Positions 1-10,242 of a DNA stretch of 29,199 nucleotides are shown here, piece by piece. The translations under genes were made by a program, and so were the position numbers. Under the pieces are notes generated by a model. The model ran no database searches. It saw only the letters and a program-made list of their open reading frames with translations, and was not told the origin of the DNA. How positions within the stretch are numbered: the stretch's first letter is position 1; each line of letters begins with the position of its first letter. The DNA is from a virus (Duplodnaviria > Caudoviricetes): positions 1 to 29,199 of the IMG/VR virus record IMGVR_UViG_3300006753_001587; one strand, written 5' to 3'.

Positions 1-57
1 TCTGGTGAGGAGGTCGAGGCAGAGAAGGATTTTATCGAAGTCGGCGCGGGTGGATAG
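1..57 (+). CDS. 3' end of tail assembly chaperone (gpG-like), partial
   Basis: Frame 1 reads SGEEVEAEKDFIEVGAGG* to TAG at 55-57; carries slippery G GAT TTT (27-33) just before the stop; lies directly upstream of the tape measure gene. Confidence 0.6.
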   Translation, partial: SGEEVEAEKDFIEVGAGG

Positions 58-263
58 ATCGGAACATCATGGATGTGGAACGGAGGTGGGGGCGTGAGCC
101 TGGATGGTTTGCGACCCAACCAAAGGAAACACAAGCCAAACTCCTCGCTGACCTGTATCTGACATTGGAGACACCCGAACAGACGAAGCGGGAAGCGAAG
201 AAAGCCAAGACGCGAGAGATGGACAGACGGCGAGAATCCTACCTAAAGAAACACAGGTACTGA
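27..263 (+). CDS. Tail chaperone frameshift extension (gpT-like; -1 frame, includes ORF 69-263)
   Basis: The -1 frame is open from the heptamer (YRSRRGWIDRNIMDVERRWGREPGWF...) to TGA at 263, 1 nt before the tape measure ATG. Confidence 0.65.
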   Translation, partial: GFYRSRRGWIDRNIMDVERRWGREPGWFATQPKETQAKLLADLYLTLETPEQTKREAKKAKTREMDRRRESYLKKHRY

Positions 264-264
264 T

Positions 265-2232
265 ATGGCAAGAGACGGCGGCGAAATCAAGATCAAGATT
301 GCGGGTGACTCCTCCGATCTTGAGAACGCATCAGCCCGCGCCGCCAAAGCCCTGGGAGATGTAGGCGGCAGCGCGGCCAAGGCTGGGAAGGGTGTCGACA
401 AGGCTGGCACCAAGATGGTCAGCAACTCGCGCCGCATGGGCAAGCTGTCAGACGCGACTGAAAACACGAAGGATGAGTTCGGCGAGATGTCTTCCAGTGC
501 TGCCGCGCTGGGTGCCGCGCTTGACTTCATAGATCCGCGCCTGGGTACGGCGGCGCGTGGACTGGGCGACATGGCTGGCGCTGCCGAGGGTGCCGTCAGG
601 ATGACCAAGCTCCAGGGCGGAGCGTTGTCGGCAGTGCTGAACCCGGCAGTGCTGGCTGTGACCGCCACTGTGGCCGCGATGGGTGGCGCCTACTACCTGC
701 TCACCAAGGAGATCAAGGCAGCCAACGAGAAGATCGAAGAGCAAGAGGCCAGAATGGCCGCGCTGCTGCCCAAGTATCACACGCTGAAAATCGCCACGAT
801 GAAGCTGGCGGTTGCTCAAGGCGCCATGACGAAGGAGGAGATGGCGTCACAGCTTCTCAGAAAGAGCGCCTTAGACTTGTTCGCCCCAGAGAAGGCAGCG
901 GCCGAAGAGAAGCTTGAGCTTGCCAGAGAAGCCGTAAGAACGGCGGAAGAATACACGATAGCGGAGACGGCAGCACAGGCGGCAGCCGTCCCATTTCTCC
1001 CTGTGGCTATTGCCATTCAACAACAACAGAAGAAAGCGGGAGCGGAGCGGCTCGCGAATGCACAGCAAGAGGTGGCCAGCCTTGAAGCGGAGATAGCTGG
1101 ATATGACAAGAAAACCGGCGCCCTGATACGTGCGGAGGAGGCTTTAGCAAAAATCCCCCCCGTTCAAAAGGGTAGCGCAAAGACCGCCAAAGAGGCAGCA
1201 GCAGCCACCAAGGATTGGGCCGCCTCGATGCTCATAGCTCAGGAAGCATCAGCCGCCCTGATGGCGTCTATCGAGGCTGAAGGCACCGCGCTTGAGAAGG
1301 TGCAGGCCGACCGCGATGCGATGATTGCGGCGCGTGAAGATGCCTACAACGATGAGATGGAGGCGATCTCAAATCTGGGGCTCGCCAATGCTGAGAGAGA
1401 GGCCGCCTATGTCGAAGCAGAGGACCGGATGTATTCGGAGATGTTCGACATTCGCGCAGCCTTCCAAGCGCAAGAGACGGCGGCACATGATGAGATGGTG
1501 GCCGCCCGCATAGCAGCAAGACAGGCTGACCTTGCAGACTTTCTCGATACCCAGGCGAAGATGAAGGCTGAGCGCATTGATGAGAGGGACAAGGCCATCT
1601 CCTACGGCTCAGAGATGAGCACCGCCCTTATCGACATTTCATCGGCCCGCATGGATGCGCTGATGGCAAATGAAGACGACATGACCGAGGGCCAAAAGAA
1701 GCGAGCTGTTATCCAGTTCGGAATCATGCAGGCTGCATCGGTAGCCCAGGCCATGATTGATGGGTACGCCTCCGCGGCTAAGACCATGGCCACCTATGGC
1801 TTTCCTGCTGGTGTGCCGCTGGCTGCTGCCGCTATCGCTGCCACGGGCGTCCAGGTGGCCGCCATCACTGCCACCCCGCTACCCTCGTTTGAGGTTGGTG
1901 GAATGGTGCCCGGCTCCGGCGCTGTGCCCATCACGGCTCACGGTGGCGAGGGTGTGCTGACTGCGAGCACTACCGCTGGGCTTGGTGGCAAGTCTGGGAT
2001 TGATGCGCTCAACAGTGGAGACATTAGCGGGCAACTGTCGCAACTAATCGGCGCGACCGAACAGGTGGTTGGCGCGATTCATTCCCAGCCGGTGGTGGTG
2101 GAGATGACCTACAACCACCGAGTCTTTGACCGGTTCATTATCGACAACATCAAGCGCCCGAAGTCACCGCTTAGAGACTACATCTCAAGCGCCGCCAAGA
2201 CAGCCGGGCGCACACGAGGACGAAACAGCTAA
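265..2232 (+). CDS. Tail tape measure protein
   Basis: 655 aa, Ala-rich helical/coiled-coil; N-terminal IKIKIAGDSSDL; hydrophobic patches; C-terminal PSFEVGGMVPG..AHGGEGVL motif typical of TMPs; synteny. Confidence 0.9.
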   Translation: MARDGGEIKIKIAGDSSDLENASARAAKALGDVGGSAAKAGKGVDKAGTKMVSNSRRMGKLSDATENTKDEFGEMSSSAAALGAALDFIDPRLGTAARGLGDMAGAAEGAVRMTKLQGGALSAVLNPAVLAVTATVAAMGGAYYLLTKEIKAANEKIEEQEARMAALLPKYHTLKIATMKLAVAQGAMTKEEMASQLLRKSALDLFAPEKAAAEEKLELAREAVRTAEEYTIAETAAQAAAVPFLPVAIAIQQQQKKAGAERLANAQQEVASLEAEIAGYDKKTGALIRAEEALAKIPPVQKGSAKTAKEAAAATKDWAASMLIAQEASAALMASIEAEGTALEKVQADRDAMIAAREDAYNDEMEAISNLGLANAEREAAYVEAEDRMYSEMFDIRAAFQAQETAAHDEMVAARIAARQADLADFLDTQAKMKAERIDERDKAISYGSEMSTALIDISSARMDALMANEDDMTEGQKKRAVIQFGIMQAASVAQAMIDGYASAAKTMATYGFPAGVPLAAAAIAATGVQVAAITATPLPSFEVGGMVPGSGAVPITAHGGEGVLTASTTAGLGGKSGIDALNSGDISGQLSQLIGATEQVVGAIHSQPVVVEMTYNHRVFDRFIIDNIKRPKSPLRDYISSAAKTAGRTRGRNS

Positions 2233-5200
2233 TGGCCGAGATCATCAAATCAAGCTTTCGTGGTTTGCTTGTCCCTGACTCACGCGTCACGCCGGAGGCA
2301 ATGACAACAGTGCCCTCCCAGGCTGGGCCTACGCCGGGTGTACCTGAGCCACTGACGAACACTGACATGGTCCTCAAGAGTTCGGGTAGCCAAAGCGCAT
2401 CCAAAGACCTCCGCATCATTGCCAAGCGTGGCGGGTTCCCTACGCTGGGTCAGGCTGGTATCGCATGGAAGAACGAAGCCGACGCATCGACCGCCTATCG
2501 TGGCTTCGATGAATACAACCAACTGAACGGCTGGCAGGTTGCCGTCTCCGCAGATAGCGGCACGTCCGACTTTAGCGCCCCGAACGACTGCGAGCACCCG
2601 CACGCCATCACCCTCGATTCAGGGCGCGTTCTGGTGGCCTACAACGCAGAATATGCGGCGGGCACAGCGACTGACAATCGGTTTGAGGTAGTCGCTCTCA
2701 GCGAAACTACCAATCAGTGGGGTACGCCGGTTGTGGTCTATGGCCGCCCGACCATCGGAGCGGGTGTTGCCGCGTCAAGCATGAAGCCCTCGCTTGTAGA
2801 GCTTCCGTCTGGGCGTGTGCTGTTGTTCGGCTGCTACTACAAAGAAGCTCTAAGCACAGCCGCCCAGGTTGACCTCTGGTTTTCAGACGATCAAGGCGCG
2901 ACCTGGACGAAGGGCGCGGAAGATATCCTGATGGAATCGATAGCGATGAGCGTGCAAACGATCCACAAGATGCGGGTCGCATACGGCAACGGTCAGCTCT
3001 GCATGGTGTTCCACGTTGCTAACGCATCATCGAGCAGCGACTACGCCGACGCTATCCTCCAATATGCCAGCGATGACTTCGGCAACTCGTTCGCCAAGGT
3101 AGACCTCTGGCCCATCACCGATAGCTGGAGCCCCACCGCATACCCGGACACCTACGGCGCCAAGCCTGACCTCGTGTTCGCGGGCAACATGTTCATCATG
3201 GTCTACCTGGGGCTGCGGGAATACTCCACGAACAACTACCGAATCTATGCGCGGAGCAAGCGCACAGCCAACGCCTTCCAGCCCTTCAGAGCCGACACCG
3301 CCGCGGCGGTATTTACGGACGCAGCCGATGAGGCAGTAGCTGGCAACAACACCAACGGATACCTCAACGCCGCCACAACTCCTGATACCTTTGTCCAGGG
3401 TGATACGGCTATCTGGACTGATGGAACCGGGGCTATTTTCGTTATCGCTCAGGGCTGGTATCAAGGCTCCAGCACGACCTACGGAGAAGTCTACGAGGCT
3501 GTCTCCTATGACTACGGCGGCAACTGGTCGGTGATGGGCTACAACGCAGGAGCCCAAGACAACCAAGGCACTACCATCGTGACCGGCGTCACCGGCAGCG
3601 CAGCCGATGAGTTCTTGGATGAGTGGACTGCCACAGCCCAACACGGGCGCACGGTATTCATTCACAACATGGGCAAGCCAGGAGGGACAACCACCTATAA
3701 GGGCAGCTTGTTCTGTGGCTACCTGGGCGGGTATTCAAACGTTACCATGCCGGGCGTTCTGGCTGAGTCGAGAGCCACGCGCCGCGTTGGATGGGATGCT
3801 ACATATATTCCGGTGGAGGAGCCCACGAGACTCGACTGGGCTGCCGCCTCTACAGGTTCGGGCCAGACGATGACACTGGGCGCGGGCTCCTTTCGGGTTC
3901 AGTCAAATGCCGGAGGTGGGAGCAAGTCATACACCGCCAGCTGGAACTGTGAAATAGAGAACGGCGTGATGGCATTGGCTGACTTTAAAGTGACAGCCGC
4001 GCCCGACCCAAGCTCGGCTAAATATGGGCCATATGTTCAGGTGCTGCTGGGTGATGGGAGTGGCGGCGCGGCGAGGCAGTACAAGGTTTCCGTTTACGTG
4101 GGGACCACTAAGATCGTGTGTCGTGATGAACACGGCGCTTCCGACTACGCCACGGTGGGGAGTCTTGATACAACAAATGGAATACAGCTCTTGATTGCAG
4201 CGCGTGAGACTGAGCCATCAGTGGCTAAGGTTTCCATCTGGTATCGGACCTATACCCATGGCACCTTCTCCGATGACCGGGCATGGATAGTGGTGCCGGT
4301 TGTTAGGACGCTGACCGTGAGCGCGGTGGCCGCTGATAGTATTGTGCGGTGGGGAATCGCTGGTGTCGGTGCCGATGCGCGAGACTCTACGTGGTATGGC
4401 GTCAACGGTGTAGCGTACCTGTCAAATGCAGGCGCAAGCAAGGCGGCAGGCTTCACCAATCCCACAGACCTCAACGCCAAGTCAGTGGGGGCGCTTCCCA
4501 CCTATGTGAATGATGGCGTGAGCGTGGCGGCTGTGGATGGCCCGGCGTGGCCCGCTGATTCATGGAAGGTGGCGACACGCTACAGCTATGAGGTGGGACG
4601 GTGTCACCCCAGGACATACCCAAGCCCGCGCACAGAGTGGCGCTCGACGGGTGTGACCTCTGAGACGTTGGAATGGGATCTGGAGTCTTTGATTGCGTAT
4701 GACACTCTGGGCATTCTGCTGGAGGGCATCAACTGGCGTACCGCTACGCTGTCAGGCTGGAACGAGTCAGGCTCTACCTGGGCAACATTGATGAGCCTCG
4801 ATGCTGCGGCTGAGTTCTTGGAGCTTCCCTACAGCCGGGTAGACGACACCATCACCGTCAAGACAGACGGAGAGGCTGCCAGCGGTACGCGGTACATCCA
4901 CGAGAACGAGATGCGCGATGGCGTGGTTGACCTGGGCTCCTCCAAGTTTCGCACCATCACAGACAACGCGGCAGGCATCTGGCGCACCCAAGACACGGTC
5001 CAACTTCCGTCTCTGCGTATCGGTGGAGCAGACGGCACAGAGCCTGCTAATGGGCTGTGCAACATCTGGGCACCGCGCTTGCTGGGTGTCGCTTCTGGCG
5101 TGGCGAACAAGTACACCAAGCTCAAGCTGGTCATTGACGCCCAGTCCACGCCAGACGGGTACTTTACGATTGGCTCTGTTGTGATTGGGCATGCACACCT

Positions 5201-6395
5201 CTTGGCGCATGACTACTCCTGGGCGCGGAACCTCGCGACCACCACCAACACGCAACTCACCACAACGCGAGACGGCACCAGGGGGGCGCGGGTGCTTGGC
5301 CCGCCTCGCAGGAGCGTGGCATTCGGTTGGTCTGAGCCAGTGGACGTGTCGCCCATATCGGGGCTGTATCCCTTCCCAGACTACTACAAGGTGTCAGGTG
5401 ATACCGGCGCGGCTGTCGTCGCCTCTAAGGGCAACACGCCCGCCACGATGCGCGGCATCGTCGAGGGCGTTGACGGCTCAGCGGTGCCGGTGGTGTATCT
5501 CGCCAACGTCCCAAGGTTTGAGCCCAGCTCAACATCATTGAAAAGCGCCGTCTTGAATGGCTCGGCCTATGCCGTATCAGCAGATGCGACCTGTGCAAAC
5601 TTTGACCGCACTGATGCGTTCTCGATCTCGTTCTGGTTTCGGCGCACGACGGTAAGCACCATCTGGCACCGCATCATCGACAAGCAGGTATCGACCACCG
5701 CCACGGGCTACCGGCTCTCCTTCTATGGGGCAGACCCGGCAGAGGTGTCATGGGCCATCGAGGATGACTCGACCAACGAGATCCGCATCAATACAAACAT
5801 CGACACCTTCGACGATGACGCTTGGCATCATGTTGTCTGCTCGTATGACGGGCTCTCCTCGGTCAATGGTCTGGCCATCTACGTCGACGGCATCGCGCAG
5901 TCTCACACCCAGAACGGCACCACGATAGCCTCCACCATTCAGAGCGGTACTGTGTTCCGTGTCGGTGGTTCGTCGGGTGGCCTCTTGGCGAACCTGGATG
6001 ATATGACCATCTGGGGCAAAGCGCTCGATGTGTCCGAGGTTCGGCGCGTGTTCAACCACGGAACCCCAGGCAGCGCAAGCGCCAACCTCAACGGCAATAT
6101 CCCGCTGCATCATTGGAAGATGGGCGACGGTGACACGCTGCCAACGCTGACGGACTCCGGGTCAAACCCCAAGAACCTCACAGCGACCAACGTGACCTTC
6201 GCAGATGATGCGCCTGGATACGGCCCAGGCTCGGACATTGCCAATGGTGTCTACCAGACAACCAGCCGGGACCGGTTTCTGTATGGTCGCGTCCTCGGAA
6301 ACGTAGAGCTTGATACGGTGCTGGGTGAGGAAGACGACCCGGACGCGGGCGAGCTGATGACCATTGGAGCCCTCACCATTGAGGAGGAGATCTGA
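2232..6395 (+). CDS. Large tail-tip (distal-tail-like) protein with Asp-box/sialidase-like propeller and LamG/ConA-like lectin domain
   Basis: 1387 aa directly after TMP (TAATG overlap); Asp-boxes SDDQGATW, SDDFGNSF, SYDYGGNW; LamG-like FSISFWFR..WHHVVCSYDG..IYVDG..LDDMTIWGKAL. Confidence 0.75.
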   Translation: MAEIIKSSFRGLLVPDSRVTPEAMTTVPSQAGPTPGVPEPLTNTDMVLKSSGSQSASKDLRIIAKRGGFPTLGQAGIAWKNEADASTAYRGFDEYNQLNGWQVAVSADSGTSDFSAPNDCEHPHAITLDSGRVLVAYNAEYAAGTATDNRFEVVALSETTNQWGTPVVVYGRPTIGAGVAASSMKPSLVELPSGRVLLFGCYYKEALSTAAQVDLWFSDDQGATWTKGAEDILMESIAMSVQTIHKMRVAYGNGQLCMVFHVANASSSSDYADAILQYASDDFGNSFAKVDLWPITDSWSPTAYPDTYGAKPDLVFAGNMFIMVYLGLREYSTNNYRIYARSKRTANAFQPFRADTAAAVFTDAADEAVAGNNTNGYLNAATTPDTFVQGDTAIWTDGTGAIFVIAQGWYQGSSTTYGEVYEAVSYDYGGNWSVMGYNAGAQDNQGTTIVTGVTGSAADEFLDEWTATAQHGRTVFIHNMGKPGGTTTYKGSLFCGYLGGYSNVTMPGVLAESRATRRVGWDATYIPVEEPTRLDWAAASTGSGQTMTLGAGSFRVQSNAGGGSKSYTASWNCEIENGVMALADFKVTAAPDPSSAKYGPYVQVLLGDGSGGAARQYKVSVYVGTTKIVCRDEHGASDYATVGSLDTTNGIQLLIAARETEPSVAKVSIWYRTYTHGTFSDDRAWIVVPVVRTLTVSAVAADSIVRWGIAGVGADARDSTWYGVNGVAYLSNAGASKAAGFTNPTDLNAKSVGALPTYVNDGVSVAAVDGPAWPADSWKVATRYSYEVGRCHPRTYPSPRTEWRSTGVTSETLEWDLESLIAYDTLGILLEGINWRTATLSGWNESGSTWATLMSLDAAAEFLELPYSRVDDTITVKTDGEAASGTRYIHENEMRDGVVDLGSSKFRTITDNAAGIWRTQDTVQLPSLRIGGADGTEPANGLCNIWAPRLLGVASGVANKYTKLKLVIDAQSTPDGYFTIGSVVIGHAHLLAHDYSWARNLATTTNTQLTTTRDGTRGARVLGPPRRSVAFGWSEPVDVSPISGLYPFPDYYKVSGDTGAAVVASKGNTPATMRGIVEGVDGSAVPVVYLANVPRFEPSSTSLKSAVLNGSAYAVSADATCANFDRTDAFSISFWFRRTTVSTIWHRIIDKQVSTTATGYRLSFYGADPAEVSWAIEDDSTNEIRINTNIDTFDDDAWHHVVCSYDGLSSVNGLAIYVDGIAQSHTQNGTTIASTIQSGTVFRVGGSSGGLLANLDDMTIWGKALDVSEVRRVFNHGTPGSASANLNGNIPLHHWKMGDGDTLPTLTDSGSNPKNLTATNVTFADDAPGYGPGSDIANGVYQTTSRDRFLYGRVLGNVELDTVLGEEDDPDAGELMTIGALTIEEEI

Positions 6396-8134
6396 TGGGT
6401 GGAGTGCGCGGCGATATCGGATCACTCTTGGATCGTGAAGCGCTCCAGACGGGCGATCTCGTTTGGCTTCTGACGCTGACCCTACAGGGCGCTGACTATC
6501 TATTCGCGTCTGAGTCGGTCGTTGTGTCTGACGCTGCTGGCACTCCCTATCAATACAACCCCTCGCTGGTGCCTCCGTCCATCGATACGACGTTCGCGTT
6601 GTTCGCAGACTCGGCAGCACTGCCGACCGCCACGGTGGAGTTCTTGTTTCCCGGTAGTGTCGCGAGGCTTGTGGCCAATGGCGCCAGCTTGTCAGCCGCT
6701 ACCGGTGAGCTATCGCTGTGGGTTCGTGGCTCAACCCGTGATGATAGGTATGTCCTGATTAAAGGTTCGTTCATGGGTGCGAGCTATGGCGATACCGGCG
6801 AGCCGGTAGTAGGCACCATCAAGTCAAAGACGCTTGAGGATGAGACATTGTTCCCTGACCCGTCTGCGGTCATCAATGCCGAGACTTGGCCGATGGCTTC
6901 TACCAAGGTGGCGGGTAAGTCATACCCGTTTATCTGGGGTACTCCGGGCAGGCTGCCGGATCAAGTATCTACCGGCGCCGCTGGTGGCATCGTTTCCAAT
7001 CAGAGCCTCGCGGGCACTCCGGTATATCAAGTATCAAACACGCTCTTGCTTGTGGCAGGCCACGCGGTCATGGCTGATAAGGTGACATTGTGGAACAAGT
7101 CAGCAGATCCCGTAACTATCGGCGTGGTTGATCTAATCCAGGCCACTGACGGACTCGGGCGGGTAGTCACAGTTATCGAGCTGTTGGGCGGGTGGCCGGA
7201 TGGAGACTGGCAGATATCCTGGTACGCCGCACCGGCGACAACAGAGGGCGGCATTGAGAGCCAACGCCCAGACCGCAACGGCAAGCCGCTCAACGATTTG
7301 GGCGAGTTGATGAGCTACCTGTTCAAGGCCTCAACTGTGACCAGCGACACGGGCCGCATCATGGCCATCTCGGATCGCATACGATTCATGAGAACAAGCG
7401 GCACCATCACGGAGCGCGTCTCACCGTATCAGTGGATCCTCGACAACATCGCGCCGCTACTGCCTATCTCGATGGCGGTGTCAGGGTCCGAGGGTGTCTA
7501 CCCGATCCTGTGGGACATGGACGCGACAAGGGCTGACGCTGTGGAAGACTTAGTGGAGATGAGCGCCAGCGGTGGTAACTGCGAGCGCGTCTCCAGTGTG
7601 CAGTATGAAGATATCCAGATAGGGAATGAGATTGTGGTGCGGTATGCCTGGGACACTGTCAACGATGACTACGCTGCAACCACCACGCTTGACGGAAACC
7701 CAGAGCAACCAATCAAGCAGGCCACCTTTCCAGGCTGGAAGGTGATGAATCCCAACTCGGCCAAGAGCGGGCTGGCTGGCTTCAAGAACGCAGCGGCCAC
7801 AGGATGGCCCAACGCCTACGCCCGGATGTCGTATCTGCGCCACGGGACGCGAGCCATGACCGTCGAGGCTCCGTTCATCTACGACACCGCCACTGCATCG
7901 TTCATCGCGCAGTGGATGAGTCGGGCCAAGTGTACCCCGCCGAGGGTGATACAATACGCCATAGACAAGAAACTGGCGTGGCTGACAGCGGGGGATGTCG
8001 TGACAATCAAAGACCCATCGATCTCCGTTGATTCAGTCGCCCTTGTCCGAACCATTGAGTGGTCGGACATCACGCCAGTGATTGAGCTAATGATTATCGA
8101 AGACCCCATCAGAGACACCAACTCAACACCATAG
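6395..8134 (+). CDS. Tail hub/tip protein (Tal-like)
   Basis: 579 aa coupled by TGATG; YPFIWG and C-terminal LTAGDVVTI motifs resemble baseplate hub proteins; synteny. Confidence 0.65.
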   Translation: MGGVRGDIGSLLDREALQTGDLVWLLTLTLQGADYLFASESVVVSDAAGTPYQYNPSLVPPSIDTTFALFADSAALPTATVEFLFPGSVARLVANGASLSAATGELSLWVRGSTRDDRYVLIKGSFMGASYGDTGEPVVGTIKSKTLEDETLFPDPSAVINAETWPMASTKVAGKSYPFIWGTPGRLPDQVSTGAAGGIVSNQSLAGTPVYQVSNTLLLVAGHAVMADKVTLWNKSADPVTIGVVDLIQATDGLGRVVTVIELLGGWPDGDWQISWYAAPATTEGGIESQRPDRNGKPLNDLGELMSYLFKASTVTSDTGRIMAISDRIRFMRTSGTITERVSPYQWILDNIAPLLPISMAVSGSEGVYPILWDMDATRADAVEDLVEMSASGGNCERVSSVQYEDIQIGNEIVVRYAWDTVNDDYAATTTLDGNPEQPIKQATFPGWKVMNPNSAKSGLAGFKNAAATGWPNAYARMSYLRHGTRAMTVEAPFIYDTATASFIAQWMSRAKCTPPRVIQYAIDKKLAWLTAGDVVTIKDPSISVDSVALVRTIEWSDITPVIELMIIEDPIRDTNSTP

Positions 8135-8142
8135 GAGCCAGT

Positions 8143-8538
8143 ATGGCCTATTCCGCAACCGTAACCGTCAGCCGCAAAGGCAATGATTACCTCGTACAAA
8201 TCAGTGAAACAGAAGCAGGCGCAGCCACGGAGGCGACCATCACGGGCATTCCAAAACGTGGCAGAATCCTACGACAACAGGCTACAAAAACTGCTGGCAG
8301 TGCAGCAACCATTGACCCGATCCTGGGCAACGCTACAAACCCAAGCGCGGCCAATGCTTCAGTCGTGGTGGAAAATGACACGGCCGCCGCCACTATCGAC
8401 AACGTCAGCGATCCCGCCGTGCCCTACGTCTCAAGCACATGCATCCTTTACCATCGCTCTGTGTGCGCGAGTGCCTCAGACAACAGCGTCACCACGCTCT
8501 ACTACATCAGCGGTTCTACCGCAGCGAATGGGTGGTAG
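8143..8538 (+). CDS. Small virion/tail-associated protein
   Basis: AGGAG SD at 8133-8137; 131 aa, Ala/Thr/Ser-rich and beta-like; in tail module. Confidence 0.6.
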   Translation: MAYSATVTVSRKGNDYLVQISETEAGAATEATITGIPKRGRILRQQATKTAGSAATIDPILGNATNPSAANASVVVENDTAAATIDNVSDPAVPYVSSTCILYHRSVCASASDNSVTTLYYISGSTAANGW

Positions 8539-8541
8539 ACG

Positions 8542-9663
8542 ATGGGATACTCAACACCAAAATCACACGGATGGAAGCAACGCCCTAATCCCGGTGGAGG
8601 TGGTGGTGCCAGTGCGCCATATTCTGAGTGGGTAGACCTGGATCTGGATACCGCGAAGTGGTCAGTGGTCGGCAACAATGGGGCCGGGGAAACGTACGTA
8701 AACGCATGGGCGGCAACCAACAGCGGAGACAAGCTCATCATCACGGCAGGGATCGAGGATGTGAAGGCTGCCGGGAACAAGGTTGAATACAACCCGACCG
8801 AAGGTGATCCCGTCGTTCCAGGGTTTGCACTGATCTACAAAGATCACATGGACTGCACACCTGCCGGAACACCCACGGGTGTCACCGCTGAAACCTTCTA
8901 TTCGGAGTACGCAATCATCACTGTACGGATGCAGTTCGGGCAGGTGGGCACCGCTAGCTCTGGGTGCGGTTACGGCATCGGAGGAAACACAGCAGACGAC
9001 ACCGATCCCTGGGGTGGTGGCGCCAAGGGAAGCGCTACACGATGCGGCGTTGGTTGGGCCTTCTATTCCACGGATCAAAGTGGCAACCCGACAGCGCCGC
9101 CAAAGTGTGACAGCCTGAACAACTACGCGCAGATCTTTCGTACGGACAAACAAGACAACCAAGCAGACGGGCACAGCCAGCTTGAGTTCTTGACCATCGC
9201 GCCCGGTGATGGTGCGTCACCTTCACTGAGAGACAACACCGTTCACAGTGGCGTGAACACTGATCTCAACTTTGGCAATGCTGGCAGCGTGTCACTTCGT
9301 GAGGGAACGTCAGATACCACCGACTTCGACCAGATGTTCATGCAGATTGGTGGCTTCCCCACTGTGTCAGACGCCAACGCGGGCGTCAGTGCTGCCTCAA
9401 TTAATGAGGGTTCGGTCAGGATGTGGCTGGCAAACTCAGCGAATGACGACCTCGACAGCCTGCCAGCACTCGCTACCGGGCCTTTGATCGACTACAACAT
9501 TCAGCACACGGAGCAGATGCGCCACCTCGGCTCGTATGCTCACCCGTGGATCATGGTGGACCAGCGCGGGAACAGCGGCTACACCGACCCGGAGCGAGTG
9601 CATGTGGTGATTGAGAAGGTGTCCGTGTTGGTGCAGGCTATCGCCGGGCGCCGGTCTTTCTAA
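8542..9663 (+). CDS. Putative tail fibre/receptor-binding protein
   Basis: 373 aa, short N-terminal segment then GGGGG linker and a Gly/Asp/Thr-rich beta-type body; last gene before lysis cassette. Confidence 0.5.
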   Translation: MGYSTPKSHGWKQRPNPGGGGGASAPYSEWVDLDLDTAKWSVVGNNGAGETYVNAWAATNSGDKLIITAGIEDVKAAGNKVEYNPTEGDPVVPGFALIYKDHMDCTPAGTPTGVTAETFYSEYAIITVRMQFGQVGTASSGCGYGIGGNTADDTDPWGGGAKGSATRCGVGWAFYSTDQSGNPTAPPKCDSLNNYAQIFRTDKQDNQADGHSQLEFLTIAPGDGASPSLRDNTVHSGVNTDLNFGNAGSVSLREGTSDTTDFDQMFMQIGGFPTVSDANAGVSAASINEGSVRMWLANSANDDLDSLPALATGPLIDYNIQHTEQMRHLGSYAHPWIMVDQRGNSGYTDPERVHVVIEKVSVLVQAIAGRRSF

Positions 9664-9682
9664 GCAAGCCATGGGGGCAATC

Positions 9683-9955
9683 ATGAACGCAGACACGCTG
9701 GTTAAGATTGGGCTGTGGGCATCGGCTGTTTTGTTCGGTGCTGGTGGCATCGCCGCGCAGATGCTCGGAGCCCATGACATCGCCTCAGATGCTCACGCCA
9801 AGATCGAGATTCACGAGGACGAGGCCGGGCACCCGGTTGGGCTTGAGCGCATCGAGACGGTGATGACTGAGCAGCGTGCGCTTCGTGATGATGTCACTGC
9901 CCAGGGGCGCAGCATCGCGGCCATCTGTCAGGCAACTGGCGCACGGTGTGACTGA
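9683..9955 (+). CDS. Membrane protein of lysis cassette (N-terminal TM, coiled coil, C-terminal Cys pair)
   Basis: MNADTLVKIGLWASAVLFGAGGIAAQML...AICQATGARCD; start could alternatively be 9671. Confidence 0.6.
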   Translation: MNADTLVKIGLWASAVLFGAGGIAAQMLGAHDIASDAHAKIEIHEDEAGHPVGLERIETVMTEQRALRDDVTAQGRSIAAICQATGARCD

Positions 9956-10242
9956 TGGACGATCTCACCTCGTGGACATCAGTGATGAGCGATGCCGGGA
10001 TGGCTGGTGCGTTCATTCTGTTTCTGGTTTGGCAGCATCGTGAAACACAGAAGAGGCTCGACGCCTATGTGGATCGGTTGCTTGAAACGCTCGCCACCAT
10101 CGAGAAGGAGCGGGAAGAAGGGTTCGACAAGATCCGCGATAGGTATGACGAGGTGATAGCGAAATACGACGCCCGCATTGACGGGCTACTGGTCGACATC
10201 TCCGGCAAGCTTGACCACATCGCAGAGAAGGTTGACGCATGA
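9955..10242 (+). CDS. Holin-like protein (single N-terminal TM plus coiled coil, BhlA/UviB-like layout)
   Basis: AGMAGAFILFLVW TM followed by charged heptads; TGATG and ATGA coupling; immediately precedes endolysin. Confidence 0.6.
   Translation: MDDLTSWTSVMSDAGMAGAFILFLVWQHRETQKRLDAYVDRLLETLATIEKEREEGFDKIRDRYDEVIAKYDARIDGLLVDISGKLDHIAEKVDA

Noticed and set aside
8542-9663. Diversity-generating retroelement target or invertible tail-fibre cassette
   Set aside because: No reverse transcriptase, template repeat or invertase noticed in the window
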